A DNA stretch of 64,000 nucleotides from Candidatus Versatilivorator sp. GTDB lineage: Bacteria > Acidobacteriota > Terriglobia > Versatilivoradales > Versatilivoraceae. Shown piece by piece: positions 1-10,223 of this stretch. The translations under genes and the position numbers were made by a program. The stretch's first letter is position 1. Every line of letters starts with the position of its first letter. The notes under the pieces are model-generated. The model saw nothing but the letters and a program-made list of their open reading frames with translations, ran no database searches and was not told the DNA's origin. Location: positions 3,968,001-4,032,000 of the forward strand of contig OZ242296.1 in the NCBI GenBank assembly GCA_965207735.1. Reading direction: 5' to 3'.

Positions 1-2
1 AC

Positions 3-260
3 GTCAACGCCATCTGTCCGGGAATGGTCTGGGGACATTTCTGGAAGCGCCTGGCGCCCCTGGTGGCGGCGGGAGAACCCTCCTTTACGGGAATGGAGCC
101 CCGCGAGCTGTTTGAAGCCTGGTTCCACAAGAGCACACCCCTGCAGCGCGAGCAGACACCCGAGGACATCGGCAACCTCGCCGCCTTTCTGGCCTCGGAG
201 GAAGCCCGCAATATCACCGGCCAAACCATTCACGTGGATGGCGGGGCGGCCATGAACTGA
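3..260 (+). CDS. SDR family oxidoreductase, C-terminal part (runs off window start)
   Basis: VNAICPG motif and terminal PEDIGNLAAFLASEEARNITGQTIHVDGG are typical of classical SDRs. Confidence 0.9.
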   Translation, partial: VNAICPGMVWGHFWKRLAPLVAAGEPSFTGMEPRELFEAWFHKSTPLQREQTPEDIGNLAAFLASEEARNITGQTIHVDGGAAMN

Positions 261-274
261 ACAGTCGGGGGACC

Positions 275-1039
275 TCAGACGCCCTTCCTCAGTCCGGCGA
301 AGAAGGCCGGCTCGAACAGCTCCTCGGCCTGCTTGAAGCGTTCCCGGCTGCCCAGGTCCGCCCACTTGGCCTCGTCGGCGCGGTAGGCCCCGACGGGCTG
401 TCCCTGGCCCGCCACTTGCAGGTAGGCGTCCACCAGCGAAAAGGGTGGGGAGAGGGTGAGCCTGTCCAGCAGGGCGGGGGAGACTACCTGAATACCCATG
501 AAGGACAGGGGCGTGAGGGGACCGTCGGGAGAGCGGGCCATGCGCTCTTGCCCGGTGGCCAGGGACTGCCAGCCGCACAGCCTTTCCCGGGAGTCGAAGA
601 GCAGGCGCCGGGAGCTTTTTCGCTGGTGGACCGCCAGGGTCGCCAGGGCTCCGGAATCGAGGTGGGCCTGCAACAGTCGTCCCAGGTGCAGGTCGCTGAG
701 CACGTCCACGTTGTGGACCAGAAAGGGTTCCCCGCCGTCGAAGAACCAGCCGGCTCGTTGCAGGCCGCCGCCGGTGTCCAGCAGTTGCTCTTCCCGGGAA
801 ACCGCCAGCGTGAGGCCGGCCAGGCGGTGACGCCGGCGGTAGCCGGTCAGGAATTCCGCCACCTGGTCGGCCAGGTGGTGGGTGTTGACGATGATCTCCC
901 TGAAGCCCTGTTGAGCCAATCGAGAGATGACCCCGGCCAACAGGGGGATTCCCTGAATTTCCACCAGCGCCTTGGGCTTTTGGCGGCCCAGCGGACCCAG
1001 GCGCGTTCCCCGTCCGGCTGCCAGGATCATGGCTTTCAT
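275..1039 (-). CDS. murU: Nucleotidyltransferase, MurU-like (N-acetylmuramate 1-phosphate uridylyltransferase family)
   Basis: MKAMILAAGRGTRL...KPKAL and LDTGGGL motifs. The ATG at 1039 overlaps the stop of the upstream AmgK-like kinase, and amgK-murU pairing is established. Confidence 0.75.
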   Translation of the reverse strand: MKAMILAAGRGTRLGPLGRQKPKALVEIQGIPLLAGVISRLAQQGFREIIVNTHHLADQVAEFLTGYRRRHRLAGLTLAVSREEQLLDTGGGLQRAGWFFDGGEPFLVHNVDVLSDLHLGRLLQAHLDSGALATLAVHQRKSSRRLLFDSRERLCGWQSLATGQERMARSPDGPLTPLSFMGIQVVSPALLDRLTLSPPFSLVDAYLQVAGQGQPVGAYRADEAKWADLGSRERFKQAEELFEPAFFAGLRKGV

Positions 1040-2472
1040 GGCAAGGCCGCCAACTCGCGGTGATGAAGATCGACCCGAAGGTCCTTCCGGGATTGCAGGT
1101 GGGCAGCCATGCGCTCGGCGCAGAACACCGAACGGTGGCGCCCACCGGTGCAGCCGAAGGCGACGGTCAGATCGGTGAAGTTTCGCCCCAGGTGGTGATT
1201 CACCGCCTGATCCACCAGCGTCCTGGTCTGAGTCAGGAAGCGCTGCACCTCGCGGTCCTCTTGCAGGAAGCCGACGACCTCCTGGTCCCGGCCGGTGAGA
1301 GGGGCGTAGGCTGGATTGCGGCCGGGGTTGGGCAGGATGCGGCAGTCGAACACGTATCCTCCCCCATGCCCGGTCCGGTCCCGGGGCAGGCCCTGCTTGT
1401 AGGAAAAGCTCTTGACGTGAACGGTGAGCCCCGGTCGTTGCTCCTGTCCTTTCCGGCGCAGGGAATCGCATCCGATCATGCGCCGCCATACCTCCGACAA
1501 CGCGGGCAGCCGGACCGGCAAGGCGCCCTGAGCCAGGAGTCCTTCCAGAGTGTGCAGGCCATAGGGAATGCTGGCCACGAAGTGGCTCTTGCCCTGGTGG
1601 AGTCCCCGGTAGCCGTAGGCGCCGAAGGCCTGCATCAGGCGCAACAGGGCGTAGGGCCGGTAGAAGCGCAAGAAGGTCTCCGGCTGGAGGGAGGTCAGAT
1701 TGGCGGCCACTCCCAGGTAGTGATTCAGCAACTCATTCCTCAAGGACCAGGGCAGGTCCGCCTTGGAGTCCAGCAGCAGTGAAGCCACGTCATACTGCAG
1801 CGCGCCCTTCCGCCCCCCCTGGTAGTCGATGCAGTAAAGCCTTTCCTGAAACCACATGAGGTTGCGGGACTGGAAATCGCGGTAGAGGAAGTGGTTGGTG
1901 TCGGCTTCCATCAGGAAATCGATCAAGGTGTCGAAGTCATCCTCCAGCGCCTGTTCCTCGAAAGGGACATCCACCAGCTTCAGGAAGTGGTACTTGAAAT
2001 AGTTCAGGTCCCAGCGCATGGACTGCCGATCGAAGCAGGGTCTGGGGTAGCACTCGGCATAGTCGAGATCCCGGCCGCCGACGATCTGAAATCGGGCCAG
2101 CGTCTCCAGGGCCTGGCGGTAGAGACCGTCCAGGCGTTCGGAGAATGCCTCCTCCCGGGTCAGGGTCGAGACCAGGGAAAAGAGGGTGACGTCACCCAGG
2201 TCCTGCTGCAGGTAGATATGGCGGTCCAGGTCCGAGGCGTAGATTTCGGGCACAGGCAGGCCCTGGCGGCGAAAGTGGCGGGAGAGCTTCAGGAAAGCCC
2301 GGTTTTCCTTGCGGTCGGGGTTGAAGGCTCCGATGACGGTCCGCCCCATTCCGGTCATGCGGAAGTAGCGGCGGACCGATCCATCGGCCGAGACCGAAGC
2401 CATCGTCTCGGCCGGTTCACCGCACCACTGCCGGTAGAGTTTCTGCAGGCGGGTTGTGACGTCGAAGCCCAT
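1036..2472 (-). CDS. AmgK-like phosphotransferase (APH family) fused to a RapZ C-terminal-like domain
   Basis: ADGSVRRYFR, YRDFQSRNLM and IDYQGG kinase motifs; C-terminal SFSYKQGLP...FDCRILPNPG...FGCTGGRHRSV RapZ-type motifs. Confidence 0.85.
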   Translation of the reverse strand: MGFDVTTRLQKLYRQWCGEPAETMASVSADGSVRRYFRMTGMGRTVIGAFNPDRKENRAFLKLSRHFRRQGLPVPEIYASDLDRHIYLQQDLGDVTLFSLVSTLTREEAFSERLDGLYRQALETLARFQIVGGRDLDYAECYPRPCFDRQSMRWDLNYFKYHFLKLVDVPFEEQALEDDFDTLIDFLMEADTNHFLYRDFQSRNLMWFQERLYCIDYQGGRKGALQYDVASLLLDSKADLPWSLRNELLNHYLGVAANLTSLQPETFLRFYRPYALLRLMQAFGAYGYRGLHQGKSHFVASIPYGLHTLEGLLAQGALPVRLPALSEVWRRMIGCDSLRRKGQEQRPGLTVHVKSFSYKQGLPRDRTGHGGGYVFDCRILPNPGRNPAYAPLTGRDQEVVGFLQEDREVQRFLTQTRTLVDQAVNHHLGRNFTDLTVAFGCTGGRHRSVFCAERMAAHLQSRKDLRVDLHHRELAALP

Positions 2473-2591
2473 CGGTCTCACGGAACCGGATTGCTTCCAG
2501 CTGCACCTCGAAGATCATACACCAAGGGCTATATACGGGCGCCTCATCCACGGCTGTGGGGTGATATAATCGCTTTTCGGAGGGTTTCATC

Positions 2592-5500
2592 GTGTCGGAA
2601 ACAGGGCAGACGGCGGGACGACGGCAGAGAGGCTGGATCGCCCAGAATTGCGGCTCTGGATGGCGAAAGGGATGGCTCATCCTGGGGTTGATGAGCATGC
2701 GGGTCCTGTCCCTGCCGGCTCAGGAGGTTGGTCCTCCCGGCTTCGATACCGACGTGCTGCCCATCTTTCAGCAGCATTGCCTGCAGTGTCACAGTGACCA
2801 GGCGCGTCAAGGGGGATTGTCCCTGGAGACCCTGGAAAGGGTACTGGCCGGCGGAGACTCGGGTGCGGTGGTGGTGGCCCACGATCCTCTGGCAAGTCGG
2901 CTGCTGGTCCTGATCAACTCCGGCGGCATGCCCATGGGAGCACCGCCGCTGGGGGCGGGGGCCATCGACCTGGTTCGCCGCTGGATCGAAGCCGGGATGC
3001 CCGGGGAGACCGCGGAGACCCCTGTTCCCGCGACCGAGTCTCCCGTGCGCGAGCGGGAGGTGATGGCGGCCATTCTGGGGGCCAAGTGCCTGCCTTGCCA
3101 CGGGCGCAGGCGCCAGGAAGCCGCCCTGGACCTGAGGACTCGAGAGGGTTTGTTGAAAGGGGGAAAGTCGGGCCCCGCCGTCGTTCCCGGCAAGCCGGAG
3201 GAAAGCCTGCTGGTTCGGCGCATCCGGGCGCAGGAGATGCCGCCGCCCCATCTGCAGGAACAGTTCTCGGTGCGTGGCTTGACCTCGGTCGAGTTTGAGA
3301 AGGTGCAGGCCTGGATTGCCCAGGGAGCCCTGCCCGATCCCGAAAAGCCTCCCGAAACCGACCCGGGTCGGGATCCGATGGCAGGCTCCAAGGACCGGCA
3401 ATTCTGGTCCTTTCGACCGCCCAGCCGGCCGGTCGAACCCCGCGTGAAGGGAAAGGATCGCGTCCGGAACCCGATAGACGCCTTCCTGCTGGCTCGATTG
3501 GAAGCAGAGGGCCTGGGCTTTTCCCCGCCGGCTGACCGCCTGACCTTGATGAGGCGGGCCTATCTCGACCTGGTGGGCCTTCCTCCTTCGCCCGAAGAGA
3601 TTCAGTCCTACCTGGCCGACTCCGAACCCGGCGCTTACCAACGCCTGGTCGACCGTCTTCTGGAATCACCCCACTACGGTGAGCGCTGGGCCCGCTACTG
3701 GCTGGACGCCGTGGGCTATGCCGATTCCGAAGGAGGGGTTTCCTCCGACAACATCCGGCCCCACGCCTTCCGTTACCGCGATTACGTCATTCGGTCGCTG
3801 AATGCGGACAAGCCCTACGACCGGTTCCTGATCGAGCAGATCGCCGGCGACGAGCTGTTCGACTACAAGGCCGTGGAGACCTACAGCCCCGATCAGTTGG
3901 ACCTGCTGGTGGCCACCGGATTTCTGCGAATGGGACCGGACTCGACCTACAGCACCGAGCAGAACAACCTGCCGGAACGCCTGGATGTGGTGGCCACCCA
4001 GATTGAAATCCTGAGTTCCTCCACCCTGGGGCTGACACTGGCTTGCGCCCGCTGCCACGACCACAAGTACGATCCGCTGTCCCAACGGGACTACTATCGG
4101 CTGAGCGCCATCTTGAGGACGGCCTACGATCCCTACGACTGGCTGTCGCCCAGCATGGGCTGCATCGGGGTGGGAGCCAACTGCAACGAGACCAACACCC
4201 GCTTGTTGCCGCTGCCTTCGTCCGGCGAGCTGCGGGAGGTGGAGGAGTACAACGCTCCCTTCAAGCGCAAGATCGCGGAACTGGAGCGGCAACTGGAGGA
4301 GAAAGCCCGCCCCCTTCGCAAGAAGCTCCTCCAGGAAAAGATGGCGGCCCTGCCCGAGTCCCTGCGGCAGGATTTGAAAGAGGCCTCTCAGGCCGGTCCC
4401 GAAGAACGAACCCCGGTTCAGAAGTATCTGTTGGGCAAGTTTGCGGAGACCCTTCAGGTAACCGAGGCCGAAATACTTCAGCGGTTCAAGGACTTTGCCG
4501 AGACCTCCAAGGAGATCGAGGAGCAGATCAAGGACGAGAAAAAGAAGCTGAAGGCCAAGCCCAAGATACGGGCGCTGTTCGACATGGGAGGTCGTCCCAC
4601 CCCCACTCGGGTTTTGGGACGGGGAGAATACACCAATCCCGAGGACCGGGTGCTGCCGGGAGTGCCGGCGGTGCTCAACGGAGAGTTGATGCCCTACCGG
4701 CTGGAAAAGCCCGACTGGAGCACCGAAACCACCGGGCGGCGTCTGGCCCTGGCCAAATGGTTGACTCAACCCAACCACCCCCTGACGGCCCGCGTCGTGG
4801 TGAACCGCATTTGGCAGCATCATTTCGGCGTGGGGCTGGTGAGCACACCCGGCAACTTCGGCAGCACCGGTGCGCGGCCATCCCATCCCGAGCTGCTGGA
4901 TTGGCTGGCCCGAGAATTCGTGGATAGCGGTTGGAGCCTCAAGTCCCTGCACCGCTTGATCATGAGGTCCACGGCCTACCGTCAGACATCCAGCGCCGGA
5001 CGGCTCTCCCTGGAGCGCGACCCCGACAATCGCCTGGTGTCCCGTTTTCTCCTCAGGCGATTGGATGCGGACGCTCTCAGGGATTCCATTCTCAAGGTTT
5101 CGGGCCGGCTGGACCCGACCCGTTACGGTCCCGCCGACGAGCTGGAGATCGAGCCCGACGGAGAGGTGATCGCCAAAGAGAGTTCCAAGGGTTACAGGAG
5201 AAGCATCTACGTGAGGCAGAGGCGTTCCCAACCCCTCAGCCTGTTGGAGTCCTTCGATGCCCCGCTGCTGGTGCCCAACTGCCTCAAGCGGCCCCATTCC
5301 ACGGTTTCATCCCAGGCCCTGCACCTGGAGAACAGCCAGTTGGTGCGCCTCAGCGCACAGCACATGGCCGGTCGGGTGATTGACGCCGTGAGGGAGGATC
5401 CTACCAGGCAGATCGAGCGGGTCTACCTGCTGGCGCTGAGCCGACCGCCCAGTGCCGAGGAGTCCGCGACGGCCGAGGAGGCCCTCCGCCAGTTGACTCG

Positions 5501-5627
5501 AGAATGGAAACGGCATCTGGAAGTGGAGGTCCCGGCGGAGCCGGTTGCCAGCAAAGCCCGGTGGCTGGCGCTGGCATCCTTGTGCCACACTTTCCTCAAC
5601 TCCGCCGAATTTCTGTATGTGAATTGA
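2592..5627 (+). CDS. PSD1 (DUF1549/DUF1553) and planctomycete cytochrome c domain protein; true start may be further in (e.g. ATG 2691)
   Basis: CxxCH motifs (CLQCH, CLPCH, CARCH), NPIDAF, YGERWARYWLD, ARVVVNRIWQHHFGVGLV, HPELLDWLA, NSAEFLYV; followed by DUF1501. Confidence 0.93.
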   Translation: MSETGQTAGRRQRGWIAQNCGSGWRKGWLILGLMSMRVLSLPAQEVGPPGFDTDVLPIFQQHCLQCHSDQARQGGLSLETLERVLAGGDSGAVVVAHDPLASRLLVLINSGGMPMGAPPLGAGAIDLVRRWIEAGMPGETAETPVPATESPVREREVMAAILGAKCLPCHGRRRQEAALDLRTREGLLKGGKSGPAVVPGKPEESLLVRRIRAQEMPPPHLQEQFSVRGLTSVEFEKVQAWIAQGALPDPEKPPETDPGRDPMAGSKDRQFWSFRPPSRPVEPRVKGKDRVRNPIDAFLLARLEAEGLGFSPPADRLTLMRRAYLDLVGLPPSPEEIQSYLADSEPGAYQRLVDRLLESPHYGERWARYWLDAVGYADSEGGVSSDNIRPHAFRYRDYVIRSLNADKPYDRFLIEQIAGDELFDYKAVETYSPDQLDLLVATGFLRMGPDSTYSTEQNNLPERLDVVATQIEILSSSTLGLTLACARCHDHKYDPLSQRDYYRLSAILRTAYDPYDWLSPSMGCIGVGANCNETNTRLLPLPSSGELREVEEYNAPFKRKIAELERQLEEKARPLRKKLLQEKMAALPESLRQDLKEASQAGPEERTPVQKYLLGKFAETLQVTEAEILQRFKDFAETSKEIEEQIKDEKKKLKAKPKIRALFDMGGRPTPTRVLGRGEYTNPEDRVLPGVPAVLNGELMPYRLEKPDWSTETTGRRLALAKWLTQPNHPLTARVVVNRIWQHHFGVGLVSTPGNFGSTGARPSHPELLDWLAREFVDSGWSLKSLHRLIMRSTAYRQTSSAGRLSLERDPDNRLVSRFLLRRLDADALRDSILKVSGRLDPTRYGPADELEIEPDGEVIAKESSKGYRRSIYVRQRRSQPLSLLESFDAPLLVPNCLKRPHSTVSSQALHLENSQLVRLSAQHMAGRVIDAVREDPTRQIERVYLLALSRPPSAEESATAEEALRQLTREWKRHLEVEVPAEPVASKARWLALASLCHTFLNSAEFLYVN

Positions 5628-5658
5628 AAAGCTTGGCTGAAATCGAGGAACGAGTCCT

Positions 5659-7134
5659 ATGAATTCCAGACAAAGGCATGCTGCCCCCGGGAGTCGTCCC
5701 GCACCCATCGACCGGCGGACCTTCTTTTCCCAGGTGGGAGACGGCCTTCAGGGAGCCGCCCTGGCCACCTTGCTGGGGAAGGACCTTCTGGCGCCCGGTT
5801 CCCTCCTGGCGGCGGGTTCGCGACAGGTCTACGATCTGAAAAAGCAGCAACCCCATTACGAGCCCAGGGCCACCTCGGTCATTCAGTTGTTCATGAACGG
5901 CGGACCGAGCCAGGTGGATCTGCTGGATCCCAAACCCGCCCTGGAGAAATTTGCCGGTCAGCCTCCCAGCCGAGACCTGGCCAGTGAAATTCGAGCAGTG
6001 CGGGAAGCCGGCGGTCTGATGCCGTCCCCGTTCAAGTTCGCCAAGCGGGGTGAATCGGGTACCGAGGTGTCGGAGGTGATGCCTCACCTGGCGGAGCAGG
6101 TGGACGATATCACGGTGATCCGGTCCATGTTCACGCCCCACATCGCCCACGAATCCTCGCTGTTTGTCATGCATTCGGGGCGCATGTTTCCCGGGCGGCC
6201 TTCGCTGGGCGCCTGGGTGGTCTACGGCCTGGGCAGCGAGAACCGGAACCTGCCCGCCTACGTGGTGCTGGACGATCCCAAGGGACTGCCCATCAACGAC
6301 ATCCAGAACTGGCAGGCAGGCTTTCTGCCGGCCGTCTACCAGGGGACCCGGGTGCGGTCCCAGGGTTCACCGCTACTCAACCTGCATCCCAGGGAGGAGT
6401 GGCCCAATCCGGTGGTGAAGCTGTCCCGTTCTCTGCTCGGACACCTGGACCGAAACCACTTGAGCCGGCACCCGGACGAAGCGGAGCTGGAAGCTCGCAT
6501 CGCCGGTTACGAGTTGGCGGCCCGCATGCAATTGGCCGCTTCGGATGCTCTGGATGTGTCGGGGGAATCCGAGGCCACCAAGGAGATGTACGGCCTCAAC
6601 GACGAGTTGACGGCTTCCTACGGCAAACGCTGCCTGATGGCTCGAAGATTGGTGGAGCGGGGAGTCCGGCTGGTTCAAGTCTACATCGAAGGCCAGATCT
6701 GGGACAACCACAGCGCCCTGGTCAAGAACCTGGGCTATGCCTGTGGCAAGACCGACAAACCGGCCGCGGCCCTGCTAAAGGACTTGAAGCTGCGGGGATT
6801 GCTGGATCGAACCCTGGTGGTTTGGGGAGGGGAATTCGGCCGGCTTCCCATCGCCCAGCAGCCCGCCAGTGGTGAGGTGGGCCGTGATCACGGCCCCTCG
6901 GGATTCAGCGTCTGGCTGGCCGGAGGCGGGATCAAGGGGGGCACCGTCTACGGAGCCACCGATGACATCGGCTTCAAGGCCGTGGACAACCCCGTCAGCG
7001 TGCACGACTTCCACGCCACCATCCTTCACCTGCTGGGTATGAACCACCGGCAGTTGATCTTCGAGCGCGAGGGCCGTAGCGAAAGACTGACGGACGAGTT
7101 TCCCGCCCGCATCGTCCAGGATATTATTGCCTAG
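5659..7134 (+). CDS. DUF1501 domain protein with Tat-like leader
   Basis: DRRTFF leader, LFMNGGPSQVDLLDPKP, WGGEFGRLP, GRDH, VHDFHATILHLLG; canonical partner of PSD1 genes. Confidence 0.93.
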   Translation: MNSRQRHAAPGSRPAPIDRRTFFSQVGDGLQGAALATLLGKDLLAPGSLLAAGSRQVYDLKKQQPHYEPRATSVIQLFMNGGPSQVDLLDPKPALEKFAGQPPSRDLASEIRAVREAGGLMPSPFKFAKRGESGTEVSEVMPHLAEQVDDITVIRSMFTPHIAHESSLFVMHSGRMFPGRPSLGAWVVYGLGSENRNLPAYVVLDDPKGLPINDIQNWQAGFLPAVYQGTRVRSQGSPLLNLHPREEWPNPVVKLSRSLLGHLDRNHLSRHPDEAELEARIAGYELAARMQLAASDALDVSGESEATKEMYGLNDELTASYGKRCLMARRLVERGVRLVQVYIEGQIWDNHSALVKNLGYACGKTDKPAAALLKDLKLRGLLDRTLVVWGGEFGRLPIAQQPASGEVGRDHGPSGFSVWLAGGGIKGGTVYGATDDIGFKAVDNPVSVHDFHATILHLLGMNHRQLIFEREGRSERLTDEFPARIVQDIIA

Positions 7135-7147
7135 CGTGCTACTGCAT

Positions 7148-7360
7148 TTACTGAATGCTTACCACGTTGCTGGCCTTCAGCCCCTTCGGACCGCGCTCGA
7201 TGGTGAATTCCACCCGCTGTCCCTCATCCAGCGACCGGTAGCCATCCGACTGCACCGCCGAATAATGCACAAAGACATCCTCGCCGCCTTCATGAGAAAT
7301 GAAGCCGTAGCCTTTGCTTGAGTTAAACCACTTTACAGTTCCCTGAATTCTATCTGACAT
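7148..7360 (-). CDS. cspA: Cold-shock protein (CspA family), 70 aa
   Basis: [15 protein letters not shown] (RNP1) and DVFVHYSAV (RNP2); GAAGGAG upstream. Confidence 0.95.
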   Translation of the reverse strand: MSDRIQGTVKWFNSSKGYGFISHEGGEDVFVHYSAVQSDGYRSLDEGQRVEFTIERGPKGLKASNVVSIQ

Positions 7361-7420
7361 AGCCCTTCGCTCACTCCTTCTCCAAAATAGTTGACACCCC
7401 GGATCTCCGAGTGTCGGGAC

Positions 7421-7450
7421 AAAAAAAAGCCGCCTCAAACCGCGGCGGCT
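7421..7450 (-). terminator. Intrinsic terminator-like hairpin within the csp leader
   Basis: Minus strand AGCCGCC-gcggtttga-GGCGGCT followed by a T run. Confidence 0.65.
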
Positions 7451-7494
7451 GCTTCAAAACCGAACAGACACTCGCCTCACCAGAGTCAGAGGCC

Positions 7495-7523
7495 ACTATA
7501 CGCTTCGGGTTTTTCCTTGTCAA
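7495..7523 (-). promoter_or_regulatory. Sigma70-type promoter for csp
   Basis: Minus strand TTGACA-17 nt-TATAGT. Confidence 0.75.
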
Positions 7524-7539
7524 TCCCGAGCGTTGAAAC

Positions 7540-8289
7540 TCAGATCCCGAGCAGGCGGCAGGCGTTCTCGCCCAGGATCTGCCGCTTGGCCTGATCGCCG
7601 ATGTCTGCCGTGAGGATCTTGCCGATCTGGGATCGCGGGTCCATCAGAGGGGTGTCGGAACCGAACAGGACCCGCTCCGCTCCGGCCTTATGCACCAGTT
7701 CCTCCACCACTCCCGGACTGCGAAAGGTCGAGCAGGTCTCCAGGTAGACGTTGGGGTATGACCGGGCGGCTTGAATGGCCTGGCTGCGAGGGGGCTCCAC
7801 GTTGCCGGAGTGGCCGGCCACAAAGCTCGCGCCGGGGAATCGTGGCGCCACCTGAGACAGGAATCGTGGCGCGGCCGTGGGTTCGATACCGGTGTGGCTA
7901 ATGATCGGCAGCCCGCGCCGATGGGCGAAGTCGTAGATGGGGTCCCAGATCGGATGGTCCAATGGAAAGGGCGTGTAGGGTGGGTAGATCTTGATGGCCC
8001 GCATCCCGAGGGAGTCGAAGGCTCGCTCCAATTCCGGCGCCATTGTGTCCGGCATCAGGGGAGACACGTAGGCGAAACCGATGAAGCGATCGGGGTGGGC
8101 CTCCACGAAGCGGGCGGTCAGGTCATTTCCGGTGCGGCCGTCGGGATGAAAGACATTGAAAACGCAGCTTTTGTCGATGCCGACCGCGTCCATGGCCCGA
8201 AGCATCTCGTCGGGATCATCGATCAGACCCATACAATTCTGCTTGCCCACGTGGCCGTGGAAATCGATCACCATTGTTCCCGCAATCAT
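7540..8289 (-). CDS. Amidohydrolase_2 family protein
   Basis: IDFHGHVG metal motif, SHTG, GHSG, VLFGSDTP, ILGENA. Confidence 0.9.
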   Translation of the reverse strand: MIAGTMVIDFHGHVGKQNCMGLIDDPDEMLRAMDAVGIDKSCVFNVFHPDGRTGNDLTARFVEAHPDRFIGFAYVSPLMPDTMAPELERAFDSLGMRAIKIYPPYTPFPLDHPIWDPIYDFAHRRGLPIISHTGIEPTAAPRFLSQVAPRFPGASFVAGHSGNVEPPRSQAIQAARSYPNVYLETCSTFRSPGVVEELVHKAGAERVLFGSDTPLMDPRSQIGKILTADIGDQAKRQILGENACRLLGI

Positions 8290-9047
8290 GGTGTCTTCCT
8301 GTCTCCTAAAATCCGTTCGAGGTTACCGGCGCAAAGAATCGCCAGTGCACTTGGGTCCAGGCCCAAGTGATGAATCAAGAATAGAATGGGCCCCATGGCG
8401 TAGCGAGGGTAGAAGGAACCGTAAACCAGGCGTTCGATGCCGAATTCGTCGATCAGTGGTTGAAGCTTTTCCAGGCCCTCGTAGCGGCTCAGCTCCAAGT
8501 GGGCATTGGGCAACTGACGCAATAGCGGTCCGACCACCGCGTAATGGGCATAGTGGGCGCCCAGCAGGACGGTAACCAGATCCGGCAACCGGCGCAGCGT
8601 GTCCATGACTTCCACTGCCGGCGTGTCGGCCAGAGAAAGCCACAGGGGGATGCGCTCGACAGCCAACCATTCCAGCAACTCCCCATAGATCCAGTCCACG
8701 AAGGGAAGGCGACATTCCTCGGTGTTGTGGAGGCGGACGCTGGTGAGTCGCTTCGCTCGATGCAACTGCTGCAACTGGGCCAGGCTCTCGGGGGTGGGAT
8801 CGGCCACCCATTGGGGATGCAGCGCCGATTGCCCCTCCACCCAGGTCAATAGACTCTCGTTGCCTTCAAGAGTGCTGAGAGCTTCTCCCTGGAGGTGGTA
8901 GATCAGAGCTCGATCCACGCCGTGCCGGTTCATTTCCTCCAGGAGCTGGTCGCGGGTCTCAATCGGCGAGACCCGATCGCGGCGATGCCCCACGCCGACG
9001 TTGGCGTCGAAAACAGGGACCTGCGCTCGGAAGTTCAGGGTTGTCAT
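8286..9047 (-). CDS. Amidohydrolase-fold protein with degenerate metal ligands
   Basis: FDANVGVG in place of DxHxH, LVYGSFYP, AGNLERIL; 4-nt overlap with the downstream amidohydrolase. Confidence 0.8.
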   Translation of the reverse strand: MTTLNFRAQVPVFDANVGVGHRRDRVSPIETRDQLLEEMNRHGVDRALIYHLQGEALSTLEGNESLLTWVEGQSALHPQWVADPTPESLAQLQQLHRAKRLTSVRLHNTEECRLPFVDWIYGELLEWLAVERIPLWLSLADTPAVEVMDTLRRLPDLVTVLLGAHYAHYAVVGPLLRQLPNAHLELSRYEGLEKLQPLIDEFGIERLVYGSFYPRYAMGPILFLIHHLGLDPSALAILCAGNLERILGDRKTP

Positions 9048-9370
9048 GACCGATCGGGGTTCTGTAGGTGCAGCCGCGCTCCCGCGTGCAACCGTCGGCG
9101 ATTATCTCCCAAGTCCGGCCGCCTGTCGAGCATGGACTGACTGGGGCCGCCCCCTGTGCCGCAATCCCGGGGTGCACGTCAAATTCTTGAGGAGCCGTCC
9201 ACCGGCCCCCCACCGCGCTCTTGGGAGGTCATCATCCCATGGCATGCCTATGGGGACGTGCACCCCGGCGCCGCTTGACCCCGGCAGGCGGGCTTCGCTA
9301 GCATGGATCCGCCACCGGGTTGGAGACGCGGGCCGGGTGGCGTGGCATCGATCCAATCCGGGGGATACCC

Positions 9371-10219
9371 ATGGCAACACGAACAGACAAGATTGTGGAT
9401 ACCGACTGGTCCGCGCTGACGCTGGGGCAGCGCATCCGGCATCTGGAGGTTGAAGGTTACGTCGTCTTACCCGACCTCCTGGACAGCCAACACATTGAGC
9501 GCTTGAAGGCCGAGACCGCCAGGATGGAGACCGTACCCCGGGACTACAGCATTCACCAGCGCGGCCGGTCCAGCGTCCAGTTCTGGGGCGGTCCCGTTAC
9601 CGAGTTGATCGCCCACCCGCCGACCATCGCCTTCCTGAAGGCGCTTTTCGGCGACAAGATCATCATGATGAGCTACGGCTACGACCGGTCCGAGCCGGGT
9701 CACCCCGGGATCAGCCTGCACAGCGACGGACAGCCCTGGGGCTCCAGGATTTTCGGCTACAACATGAGTTGTCCCCGCCTGGTGCGGGTCCTCTATTACC
9801 TGGAAGACCTGACGCCGGAAGTCTCTCCCTTCAAGGTGATTCCCCGATCCCATCTGAGCTTTCACAACGACGGCAACCCCTACCTCCGCTACGACGATCA
9901 TCCCGAACAGGTGATGGTCACCTGCAGGGCGGGATCGGCCGCTCTGATCAACCAGAACGTTTTCCACGGGAACTTTCCCAACGTGGGCGCCTACGCCCGC
10001 GAGATGCTGGCCATCGCCTACCGCCCCGCCTGGGCAGGCCCGGGGAGCGAGATCGAGGCCTGGGATCCGGAAGAACTGGCCAAGGTCCCGCCGGCCGTCC
10101 GAGAGGTGATGGGTGACCGCAACACCCGTATCTGGAACTATGGAGGAGGCAACAAGCCTCCCCACATGCCCCTGGCGGCCCCCGGCATCGACCCCAGCCG
10201 CTGGGAACGCGTGAGTTGA
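9371..10219 (+). CDS. Phytanoyl-CoA dioxygenase (PhyH) family Fe(II)/2OG oxygenase
   Basis: EGYVVLPDLL, LHSDG (HxD), VIPRSH, VFHGN, R motif. Confidence 0.88.
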   Translation: MATRTDKIVDTDWSALTLGQRIRHLEVEGYVVLPDLLDSQHIERLKAETARMETVPRDYSIHQRGRSSVQFWGGPVTELIAHPPTIAFLKALFGDKIIMMSYGYDRSEPGHPGISLHSDGQPWGSRIFGYNMSCPRLVRVLYYLEDLTPEVSPFKVIPRSHLSFHNDGNPYLRYDDHPEQVMVTCRAGSAALINQNVFHGNFPNVGAYAREMLAIAYRPAWAGPGSEIEAWDPEELAKVPPAVREVMGDRNTRIWNYGGGNKPPHMPLAAPGIDPSRWERVS

Positions 10220-10223
10220 CCTG

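Noticed and set aside
275-1489. 404-aa version of the nucleotidyltransferase ORF
   Set aside because: The first 150 codons overlap the kinase gene in another frame; the family motif starts at ATG 1039.
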